Shown: in pieces, positions 15,612 through 21,538 of the stretch
How the letters are laid out: each line of letters opens with the position of its first letter
Position numbering within the stretch: the stretch's first letter is position 1
DNA from: a virus
Lineage: Duplodnaviria; Heunggongvirae; Uroviricota; Caudoviricetes
Direction: 5' to 3' (one strand)
DNA: 21,538 bases
IMG/VR virus record: IMGVR_UViG_2740892229_000015
Position numbers and translations under genes: made by a program
The notes under the pieces: model-generated
What the model was told of the DNA's origin: nothing
What the model saw: the letters and a program-made list of their open reading frames with translations, nothing else
Databases searched by the model: none

Positions 15612-16172
15612 AAGCTCCCACAGCTTCCAGGCCGTTTCCGTTGCTGATAAATCCGTTGTCACGTTCCCACTGTTCGCGTGCTGCCCGGATTTCCTGAACT
15701 GCCCGTGATGCCGTGCCACCTGATGCTGCATGGCTTACCCCCTTGCTGACTGGTTTTACCTGTGCCCTGACGTGCTGCACGTGGCGGGCAAATTTCTGCT
15801 CCCACTGAACCTGCGTGAAAACCTTCCCCTCCGCCATCCAGTAATCCCGGAATGCGGCAAGCTCTGCAGGTGTAAATTCCGGCTCAGGCAGAGCCATACC
15901 CCACACTGCTGCCCGTTGTCGAAAATCCGACGACGGCTGCCAGACAGTAGTCATCGAAAATTTCCCGATCGGTTCGCTCAGGCCGTCCAGGTATTCAGGT
16001 TCGGCTGTCTGCAACGGCGCACCATGCGACTCACCGGTTGGAGCACTCTCGCGCATGCGCGCGTTATGTGTGGGGTTTAATTCTGTATCTGTATCTTTAT
16101 CTGTCGTGACTTGTCGTGACATGTGCGTGACATTTCGTGACGCGCCGTGACAATCGCCATTTTGTTCCCGCT
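15523..16172 (-). CDS. C-terminal part of an O-like replication initiator, truncated by the N run inside its iteron region
   Basis: ORF track 15523..16236 (the part beyond 16172 belongs to another piece); shares the iteron-encoded segment REQNGDCHGASRNVTHMSR with the O-like gene at 16277-17353. Confidence 0.6.
16081..16152. repeat. Origin-type iterons: tandem ~10-11-bp repeats containing CGTGAC, next to tatctgtatcttta repeats
   Basis: Read directly; same array as at 16885-16960. Confidence 0.6.
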
Positions 16173-16182
16173 NNNNNNNNNN

Positions 16183-16236
16183 AAGAACCTGCCCTTTAAT
16201 TTTTTCCCGCTCTTCTTGTGTAAAAACTTTTGCCAC
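16183..16236 (-). CDS. First 18 codons of a gene (GTG start; VAKVFTQEEREKIKGQVL...) immediately downstream of the O-like gene, cut by the N run
   Basis: GGAGGG RBS upstream of GTG. Confidence 0.3.
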
Positions 16237-16276
16237 AAGCCCTCCTGAAAATTACCTCATGACCAGAAATACACAC

Positions 16277-17353
16277 TTACCCCCTGAAGCCCGGTGGAAT
16301 TTCGGTATCCGGTTCAGAAATATGATTCACACAACGCTGGTTGTTCGTACCGCTTACCGGGAGCAACCAGGGGTTTTCAAAATTCCGGTCCGGTCCAAAA
16401 AACGTCGTCGCTCGCTGAACAAATTCCGTTCCCGTTTTCCCGGTAGCCGCCAGGTATCTTGCGTAACGCCTCACACCATCCAGCATGGCCTCTGGTGGCA
16501 CCCCCTCGCGTAATCTGGCCTTCCAGGCACTGAAAGCGGATTTCTTCGGGTTTGCCCCAGCACGCAACGGGTATTCCCGCCAGACCTGTTCGAACACATC
16601 CGGATAATCTACTCGCCCCACAGGCTGCCCGGTGTTTTCCGGGACTACCCGATCGGCTTCCCGCTGAATGGCGGAATCGGCTTCAGGCTGCTGCAGTTGG
16701 TGTGATTGCTCCGGCCTTGCGGTCATCACCTGCTGCACAGCGCCCGAATCGGCTTTCAGCGCATACGCTGAATCGGCTTCCGGTGTCGTGCCTGCTGGCT
16801 GACCAGGATTGACGGTCTGAACATCCCCTGCCTGGTTCGTGGCGTTTTTTACGCCATGGACCATAGTGTTTTGATCTTCTTGATCTGTATCTTTATCTGT
16901 ATCTTTATCTGTCGTGACTCGTCGTGACATGTGCGTGACATTTCGTGACGCGCCGTGACAATCGCCATTTTGTTCCCGCTTTCTTTCCCTCTCTCGCTGC
17001 GCCCTCTTGCGCTCTGCAGGAGATTTTGCGGTTTGCGAAATATTGCCGTTGTCCTCTTTAAGCACCTGGCGTTTTTCCCATCCAGTGATTAAATCACCAT
17101 CAAGTACCCGCCCCTGCATCGTCTGCAAAATTGAATCAATTACCTCTTCTGTCACGTCGAGCGCACTTGCCAAATCTTCTGTCGTGACATCAATGTGACC
17201 TCGCGTGACATTTCGTGACGCGCTCACCAGGAGGTGGATATACACTGCCATCACTGTTGCAATTGGCTGCCCTGACACCCTGGCAATTGTTCGCCACTTA
17301 GGGTCATTTGGCATGTCATGCCATAATCTGAGCCAAGCGTTAGCCATACTCAC
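16277..17353 (-). CDS. O-like phage replication initiator (358 aa) containing the origin iterons
   Basis: ORF track; two iteron clusters inside the coding sequence; position downstream of the cro/cII-like genes. Confidence 0.7.
   Translation of the reverse strand: MSMANAWLRLWHDMPNDPKWRTIARVSGQPIATVMAVYIHLLVSASRNVTRGHIDVTTEDLASALDVTEEVIDSILQTMQGRVLDGDLITGWEKRQVLKEDNGNISQTAKSPAERKRAQRERERKREQNGDCHGASRNVTHMSRRVTTDKDTDKDTDQEDQNTMVHGVKNATNQAGDVQTVNPGQPAGTTPEADSAYALKADSGAVQQVMTARPEQSHQLQQPEADSAIQREADRVVPENTGQPVGRVDYPDVFEQVWREYPLRAGANPKKSAFSAWKARLREGVPPEAMLDGVRRYARYLAATGKTGTEFVQRATTFFGPDRNFENPWLLPVSGTNNQRCVNHISEPDTEIPPGFRG
16885..16960. repeat. Iteron cluster (CGTGAC-containing direct repeats) inside the O-like gene; likely replication origin
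   Basis: Read directly. Confidence 0.6.
17178..17222. repeat. Second, shorter iteron-like cluster near the 5' end of the O-like gene
   Basis: ctgtcgtgacatcaatgtgacctcgcgtgacatttcgtgacg. Confidence 0.45.
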
Positions 17354-17418
17354 CTCTTCTGATACCGAATCTTTTTACTCACGAGTTGCCGGAAGCGATT
17401 CGATATGGCTATTGTCAG

Positions 17419-17844
17419 TCAATGTACTGCCACAGCATTTCCTGCCGGGCCACCACGGTTCATCTGATTGAAACCGGCGATTGCCACTGCGACAAAATCA
17501 TCAGCGTCTCTCACCAGTCGCTCCCGCGTCTCCACCAGCTCCCGAAAATAAGCTGAACTGTGGCTGCGCATTCTGGCCACCAGCAAAGGTGGCATTGCCT
17601 TTTCGATCGCTGGTAACAACGCCTGAATTTTTTCAACTGCATCAGGGGTATCTTTCTCTATCCAGCGGAAAATTTTCTGGGTATTGCGAGCCAGGGCTTC
17701 CGGATGGCTGTCGTCGTACAGTTCAGGAAACGTCATACCCAACTCAAAATAAGCCTGGGTTATTCCAGCTGCCGGAACTTTTTCGCCATCAGGACGCGCC
17801 CAGGCATTCATCGCCATGCGGATGTGTTCATGCTTGATTTTCAT
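17419..17844 (-). CDS. YdaT-family protein (141 aa from MKIKHEHIRMAMNAWA), the cII-position gene of Rac-like prophages
   Basis: ORF track 17419..17916; internal ATG with AAGGGGGG RBS; N-terminus matches YdaT as I recall it. Confidence 0.7.
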   Translation of the reverse strand: MKIKHEHIRMAMNAWARPDGEKVPAAGITQAYFELGMTFPELYDDSHPEALARNTQKIFRWIEKDTPDAVEKIQALLPAIEKAMPPLLVARMRSHSSAYFRELVETRERLVRDADDFVAVAIAGFNQMNRGGPAGNAVAVH

Positions 17845-18070
17845 GAATCCCCCCTTGGTTAGAAGGCGGATTATGATCAGAACCGGGAATGACAACCGTC
17901 GGTATGTGTAACTCATATTTGAGCGCCCCGGCAGTGACTGCCTGAATTAGCAACGCCCATTTCCACGGAACCTCTTCCCCCCACATGCTGACTGTGGTTT
18001 TTGACGTTCCTAGAGCTGCGGCTGTTTTAACAACTCCGCCAAAATAGCCTAATACTTCTGATTTTTTCAT
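17828..18070 (-). CDS. YdaS-like Cro-type HTH regulator (80 aa from MKKSEVLGYFGG)
   Basis: ORF track 17828..18112; GGAGCG RBS; divergent from the CI-like repressor. Confidence 0.65.
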   Translation of the reverse strand: MKKSEVLGYFGGVVKTAAALGTSKTTVSMWGEEVPWKWALLIQAVTAGALKYELHIPTVVIPGSDHNPPSNQGGIHENQA

Positions 18071-18161
18071 GAGTCGCTCCATAAAACTGAACGCCAAAAG
18101 TTTAATAATCAAAACAAAAGAAAGTCAAGAAACAAAACCATCTGTGTTTTAAAATCAAAAC
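18071..18161. promoter_or_regulatory. Divergent promoter/operator region between the cro-like gene and the CI-like repressor gene
   Basis: AT-rich 91-bp intergenic region between divergent regulator genes; operators not resolved. Confidence 0.4.
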
Positions 18162-18800
18162 ATGAGCAAGCAAACAATATCTGAACGCATAACCCAACGT
18201 ATGCATGCGCTAAACCTGAAAGGCAAAGACCTTGTCAATGCCACTGGCGCATCAAAAGGCTCCGTAAGTCAATGGATGAACGGTGGAGGAGCGCCGTCCT
18301 CGCGTTACATAAGTTCACTGGCAAAAATATTGAAAGTAAACGAAAATTGGCTTCTTAATGGAGGAGAGTTAAATACAGGTGATTCGCTTGATCTATCTTT
18401 ACCGCCGATAAAAACGGTTCCGCTACTATCACTTCAGCAGGCAGCAAGCTGGAGTGATTATATGAAAAATTCCTCAATAACCTCTTGTGTGCAGCTTGTC
18501 GGAGAAATCCCGGCCAATACCTTTGCAGTTGTTCTAGAGAGTGACAGTATGTCAACATCTGGTGGGGGAGTTTCCATCCCAAATGGTTCAACAGTTTTTG
18601 TTGATCCCAATCGAACCGTACAACCAGGAAATATTGTCCTTGCCTTACCCAAAGGGACCACAACACCTGTCATTCGTAAACTGGAGATAGAAGGGCCGGA
18701 TATTCTTTTAGTCCCCACGAATCCTCGCTACCCTTCAATTATGCTGGATGATCTATCTTGCATATTGGGCGTATGCTTTAAAATTCAACAAGATATTTAA
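18162..18800 (+). CDS. CI-like prophage repressor: N-terminal HTH plus C-terminal S24 (LexA-like) autopeptidase domain (212 aa)
   Basis: ORF track; HTH GASKGSVSQWMNG; C-terminal ESDSMS...VDPN...PGNIV...RKL collinear with the lambda CI C-terminal domain. Confidence 0.8.
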   Translation: MSKQTISERITQRMHALNLKGKDLVNATGASKGSVSQWMNGGGAPSSRYISSLAKILKVNENWLLNGGELNTGDSLDLSLPPIKTVPLLSLQQAASWSDYMKNSSITSCVQLVGEIPANTFAVVLESDSMSTSGGGVSIPNGSTVFVDPNRTVQPGNIVLALPKGTTTPVIRKLEIEGPDILLVPTNPRYPSIMLDDLSCILGVCFKIQQDI

Positions 18801-18937
18801 CCGACCTCATCTATTTGATTAACTGTATGCCATCGTGGTGATGGCTTAACAGCTGCCTGCTTAAAATGTTTTGATAAAAAAACATTGACCTGAAAAGTTC
18901 ATTTTTCTAAACTTCATTCATTCCCTCTCCCCCCCCC

Positions 18938-18994
18938 CACAGAATGCAGGGCAATACTTCGAGTTACCAGGCAGTGGTCAGGGGTTAAGTAGCC
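18938..18994 (+). repeat. Conserved ~57-bp element (cacagaatgcagggcaatacttcgagttaccaggcagtggtcaggggttaagtagcc) preceded by a C-run; second copy at 20679-20735
   Basis: Direct comparison (3-4 substitutions); a TTGACC-N17-TAAACT promoter-like sequence lies just upstream in this copy. Confidence 0.55.
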
Positions 18995-19004
18995 NNNNNN
19001 NNNN

Positions 19005-19199
19005 GTCTTTCTCTACCCAGCGGAAAATTTTCTGGGTATTACGGGCCAGGGCTTCCGGATGGCTGTCGTCGTACAGTTCCGGGAACGTCATCCCCAGTTC
19101 GAAATAAGTCCGGGCTATTTCAGCTGCTGGAACTTTCTCACCGTCTGGATACGCCCAGGCATTCATTGCCATGCGGATGTGTTCATGCTTGATTTTCAT
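19005..19199 (-). CDS. N-terminal 65 codons of a second YdaT-family gene, truncated by the N run
   Basis: ORF track 18978..19199; paralogue of 17419-17844. Confidence 0.65.
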
Positions 19200-19458
19200 G
19201 AATCACCCCCGCCTCTGGTTGTGTGTTAGCCTGATACTCGACAGGTAAGCCGTCGGTTGGGTTGGGATAAGTACTGCCATCAATCTCGTGCGGAGTTACT
19301 ATCCAGCCTGTTGCTTCGCACCAGCGTAAAATTTTTTTCCCCGTAAGTTTCGCCCGTCCGGTAATGACATGGCTTACCATCCCTTGGGTTACCCCAACAA
19401 TTTCAGCAAAATGCTTCTGAGTTATACCGGAATGATGCAAATATTCTCCAAGATTCAT
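19183..19458 (-). CDS. Cro-type HTH regulator (91 aa, YdaS-like)
   Basis: ORF track; GAGGTG RBS; HTH QKHFAEIVGVTQGMVSH. Confidence 0.65.
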   Translation of the reverse strand: MNLGEYLHHSGITQKHFAEIVGVTQGMVSHVITGRAKLTGKKILRWCEATGWIVTPHEIDGSTYPNPTDGLPVEYQANTQPEAGVIHENQA

Positions 19459-19489
19459 TGTTCACCTCATGTGATGTCATTACGATCAT

Positions 19490-19531
19490 TAATAGCATTG
19501 TTATTTTTAAAAGTAAATAGCATTACTATTT
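19490..19531. promoter_or_regulatory. Two operator-like repeats (taatagcattgttatt, aaatagcattactatt) between the cro-like and repressor genes
   Basis: Read directly; same half-site AATAGCA as the palindromes at 20614-20653. Confidence 0.45.
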
Positions 19532-19565
19532 CAAAGAGATTAATAATCTTATTAGAATTGAAGGT

Positions 19566-20066
19566 ATGAAAAGAAAATCCCTGTCAGAGATCGACCTGCA
19601 AGCCGCCCAGAGACTGAAAGAAATCTGGACGGCGAAAAAAAATCAACTAGGGTTAACCCAAGAGCGTGCGGCAGAAATTCTGGGATTTTCGACACAGGGA
19701 GCTGTAAGCCATTATCTAAATGGTCAGACACCTTTAAATCTTGAGGCTGTTATCAAGTTCGCAGGGTTGCTGCAAGTTCCTCCCGAGTCAATCAGACCAG
19801 ATATGGCCGAGTTGTTACAAATTGTAAGGATGTATCCCCAAGAATCTGGGGAGGACAATGTTGTCACTATATCTGCAGATATGGAACAATCGGAAAACGA
19901 ACTTCCGTTTAATATAGACCCCATGGAGCGGGATTTGCTCCAGACGTTCAGGGCTTTCCCCAAAGAAGATAAAGAGAAAATGCTTAAGGAAATGAAGGAG
20001 AAAAAAGAATCAATTGAAGAAATCGTTGCGCGATGGCTAGCTGCGCAAAAGGGTCGTCGCGCCTAA
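19566..20066 (+). CDS. HTH_XRE-type repressor (166 aa), PaaR-like: first gene of a three-gene regulator/antitoxin/toxin operon
   Basis: ORF track; HTH LGLTQERAAEILGFSTQGAVSHYLNG; gene order as in paaR2-paaA2-parE2. Confidence 0.65.
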   Translation: MKRKSLSEIDLQAAQRLKEIWTAKKNQLGLTQERAAEILGFSTQGAVSHYLNGQTPLNLEAVIKFAGLLQVPPESIRPDMAELLQIVRMYPQESGEDNVVTISADMEQSENELPFNIDPMERDLLQTFRAFPKEDKEKMLKEMKEKKESIEEIVARWLAAQKGRRA

Positions 20067-20083
20067 TCTGAGGAGGTAAAAAC

Positions 20084-20275
20084 ATGAGTACAGCCCTTTC
20101 CCCGATAATTTCTGAATTTGAAACAGTCGAACAAGAAAACAGCTATAACGAATGGTTGCGAACCAAAGTGGCAGCAAGCCTCTCAGATCCCCGTCCTGCA
20201 ATTCCACATGACGAAGTAATGGCTGAAATGGAAAACCTTATTGCTCAATTAGCTGCAACGAACAGGAGTGAGTAA
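20084..20275 (+). CDS. PaaA2-like small antitoxin (63 aa)
   Basis: ORF track; GAGGAGG RBS; stop overlaps the toxin start (TAATG). Confidence 0.65.
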   Translation: MSTALSPIISEFETVEQENSYNEWLRTKVAASLSDPRPAIPHDEVMAEMENLIAQLAATNRSE

Positions 20276-20565
20276 TGCTGCCCATTTTATGGCTACCTTC
20301 TGCACGTGATGATTTACGTCAGATCGTAGCCTATATTGCTAAGGAAAACCCTCCCGCTGCACGTAGACTAAAAATACGCATTGAAACATCAGTTTTGTCA
20401 CTTACTGAACACCCTTATCTGTACCCACCGAGCGAAAGAGTTCCAAGTCTTCGTGAGATAGTGACTCATCCTAACTACATAATACTTTACCGAGTAACAG
20501 CATCTAACATCGAGATCGTAAATGTAGTTCACTCACGAAGACAGTATCCAAACAAAACCTGTTAA
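20275..20565 (+). CDS. parE: ParE/RelE-superfamily toxin (96 aa), ParE2-like
   Basis: ORF track; ParE-like sequence pattern; coupled to the upstream antitoxin. Confidence 0.75.
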   Translation: MLPILWLPSARDDLRQIVAYIAKENPPAARRLKIRIETSVLSLTEHPYLYPPSERVPSLREIVTHPNYIILYRVTASNIEIVNVVHSRRQYPNKTC

Positions 20566-20578
20566 TCCTTCCTGTCAA

Positions 20579-20603
20579 CAACCACCTTCGGGTGGTTTTT
20601 TTC
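20579..20603 (+). terminator. Rho-independent terminator after the toxin gene: aaccacc-ttcg-ggtggtt followed by TTTTT
   Basis: Perfect 7-bp stem, GNRA-like loop, T-run. Confidence 0.65.
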
Positions 20604-20613
20604 TTGCCACGAT

Positions 20614-20653
20614 AATAGCACTGCTATTTACATAATTAAATAGTAGTGGTATT
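20614..20653. promoter_or_regulatory. Operator-like palindromes aatagca-c-tgctatt (perfect) and aaatagtagtggtatt, overlapping a promoter-like sequence; OL/pL-like
   Basis: Read directly. Confidence 0.45.
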
Positions 20654-20678
20654 GTTCATTCATCAACCCACCCCGCCC

Positions 20679-20735
20679 CACAGAACGCCAGGCAATACTT
20701 CGAGTTACCCGGCAGTGGTCAGGGGTTAAGTAGCC
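20679..20735 (+). repeat. Second copy of the conserved ~57-bp element, at the 5' end of the rightward early operon
   Basis: Direct comparison with 18938-18994. Confidence 0.55.
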
Positions 20736-20834
20736 AGCCCGAGGCGTATGAACATGACGGCGGGAACACTTTATATAACAGCGCAGCAGTTTTTTAGTTC
20801 CGCTACCCCGGCGTTAAGGGGAAATGAGGTCAGC

Positions 20835-20990
20835 ATGGATACTATCGATCTTGGCAACAATGAATCTCTGGTGTACGGCGTGTTTCCCAACCAGGACGGC
20901 ACATTCACCGCGATGACGTATACCAGAAGCAAAACGTTTAAAACCGAAAATGGTGCCCGTCGCTGGCTGGAAAGAAACTCAGGTGAGTGA
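20835..20990 (+). CDS. Small prophage protein (51 aa from MDTIDLGNNESLVYG), YdaF-like
   Basis: ORF track 20748..20990; internal ATG with GAGGT RBS. Confidence 0.55.
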   Translation: MDTIDLGNNESLVYGVFPNQDGTFTAMTYTRSKTFKTENGARRWLERNSGE

Positions 20991-21119
20991 TATGGATTTC
21001 GACACAATCATGGAAAAGGCTTACGAAGAATACTTCGAAGGCCTTGCCGAAGGCGAAGAAGCTCTCAGCTTCAGTGAGTTTAAACAGGCGCTTTCCAGCT
21101 CGGCAAAATCTAACGGCTG
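20991..21119 (+). CDS. Small acidic protein (42 aa, MDFDTIMEKAYEEYFEGLAEGEEALSFSEFKQALSSSAKSNG)
   Basis: Hand translation; GGTGAG RBS; below the ORF-track cutoff. Confidence 0.35.
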
Positions 21120-21149
21120 ATAAGCGAAGCAGCACCGCGAGGAATCAGT

Positions 21150-21368
21150 ATGCAGAAACGAGAACCCGTCATCATCTCGCCAGACTATACCGATGATGAA
21201 CTTTATGAGTGGATGCGCCAGAAAATTAATGCAGCGCAGGATCTGAAATGGGCCAATGAAGCCAGGGCTAAGCAGGCTGAAAATCTGTCCGCTCTGGAGC
21301 AGGATATCACCAGGCTGGAAAAAGCAGCGGCATTAAGCATTGCCAGAATGATTACATACCCGCGTTAA
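21150..21368 (+). CDS. Hypothetical prophage protein (72 aa)
   Basis: ORF track; GAGGAA RBS. Confidence 0.55.
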   Translation: MQKREPVIISPDYTDDELYEWMRQKINAAQDLKWANEARAKQAENLSALEQDITRLEKAAALSIARMITYPR

Positions 21369-21390
21369 TAGCTAACCAACGAGGCTAATA

Positions 21391-21538
21391 ATGGAATTTA
21401 AAGATTTACCAATGCAATTCCAGGAAATGGCAGCGAATATAGTTCGTTCCCAACTGGCGACTCTTGACCTGAGTACCGTAGAAAAAGAAACCATCGATAC
21501 TATATCCGGTAACGTGCGTCGTGCCTTTATCGGTCTGT
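21391..21538 (+). CDS. 5' part of a gene running off the window end (MEFKDLPMQFQEMAANIVRSQLATLDLSTVEKETIDTISGNVRRAFIGL...)
   Basis: Hand translation; GAGG RBS. Confidence 0.4.
   Translation, partial: MEFKDLPMQFQEMAANIVRSQLATLDLSTVEKETIDTISGNVRRAFIGL

Noticed and set aside
14923-15647. ORFs 14923..15498, 15122..15400, 15297..15647, 15407..15613 (+)
   Set aside because: Antisense to the P-like and O-like genes; long open frames are expected by chance on the antisense of GC-rich coding DNA and these are Arg/Ser/Pro-rich.
15730-17837. ORFs 15730..16080, 16259..16513, 16552..16812, 17007..17198, 17205..17471, 17481..17837 (+)
   Set aside because: Antisense to the O-like and YdaT-like genes; no RBS, biased composition.
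18355-18718. ORFs 18355..18666 and 18458..18718 (-)
   Set aside because: Antisense within the CI-like repressor gene.
18978-19004. C-terminal extension of ORF 18978..19199 across the N run
   Set aside because: Sequence beyond the N run belongs to a different piece; the gene is treated as truncated at 19005.
19369-19963. ORFs 19369..19569 (+) and 19724..19963 (-)
   Set aside because: Antisense to the cro-like and repressor genes respectively.
20748-21196. Longest-ORF start at 20748, and ORFs 20771..21007 (-), 20938..21135 (-), 20987..21196 (+)
   Set aside because: The 20748 start lacks an RBS and reads through the conserved non-coding element; the internal ATG at 20835 with GAGGT is preferred. 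The other frames overlap two short genes that have proper RBSs.
1-21538. CRISPR array
   Set aside because: Looked for regularly spaced direct repeats with unique spacers; the only tandem repeats are origin iterons inside the O-like gene and duplications at contig ends, neither with CRISPR spacing.

Overview
The window is a scaffold of at least eleven pieces joined by ten runs of exactly 10 N (182-191, 416-425, 1395-1404, 1486-1495, 8121-8130, 10784-10793, 12954-12963, 13962-13971, 16173-16182, 18995-19004), so gene order across an N run is not evidence of linkage. The content looks like Escherichia/Enterobacteriaceae lambdoid and Rac-like prophage DNA from more than one prophage copy, read by eye with no database search. 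It includes a phage tRNA cluster (Ile-CAT, Arg-TCG, Arg-TCT) downstream of a Q-like antiterminator, two immunity regions (a CI-like S24 repressor; a PaaR-like repressor with a PaaA2/ParE-like toxin-antitoxin pair), O-like and P-like replication genes with iterons, a Hok-family toxin, and two partial IS3-family copies. The most interesting region is an AT-rich three-gene cassette at 3766-7265: a MutL/MORC-like GHKL ATPase translationally coupled to an unrecognised 329-aa protein, convergent with and overlapping a C5-cytosine DNA methyltransferase. This is a candidate restriction-modification-like defence module that I cannot assign to a named system. A second candidate is a PD-(D/E)xK nuclease-like gene with a convergent partial partner at 10794-11816. 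A TerB-like protein with a coupled small membrane protein is a third accessory module.
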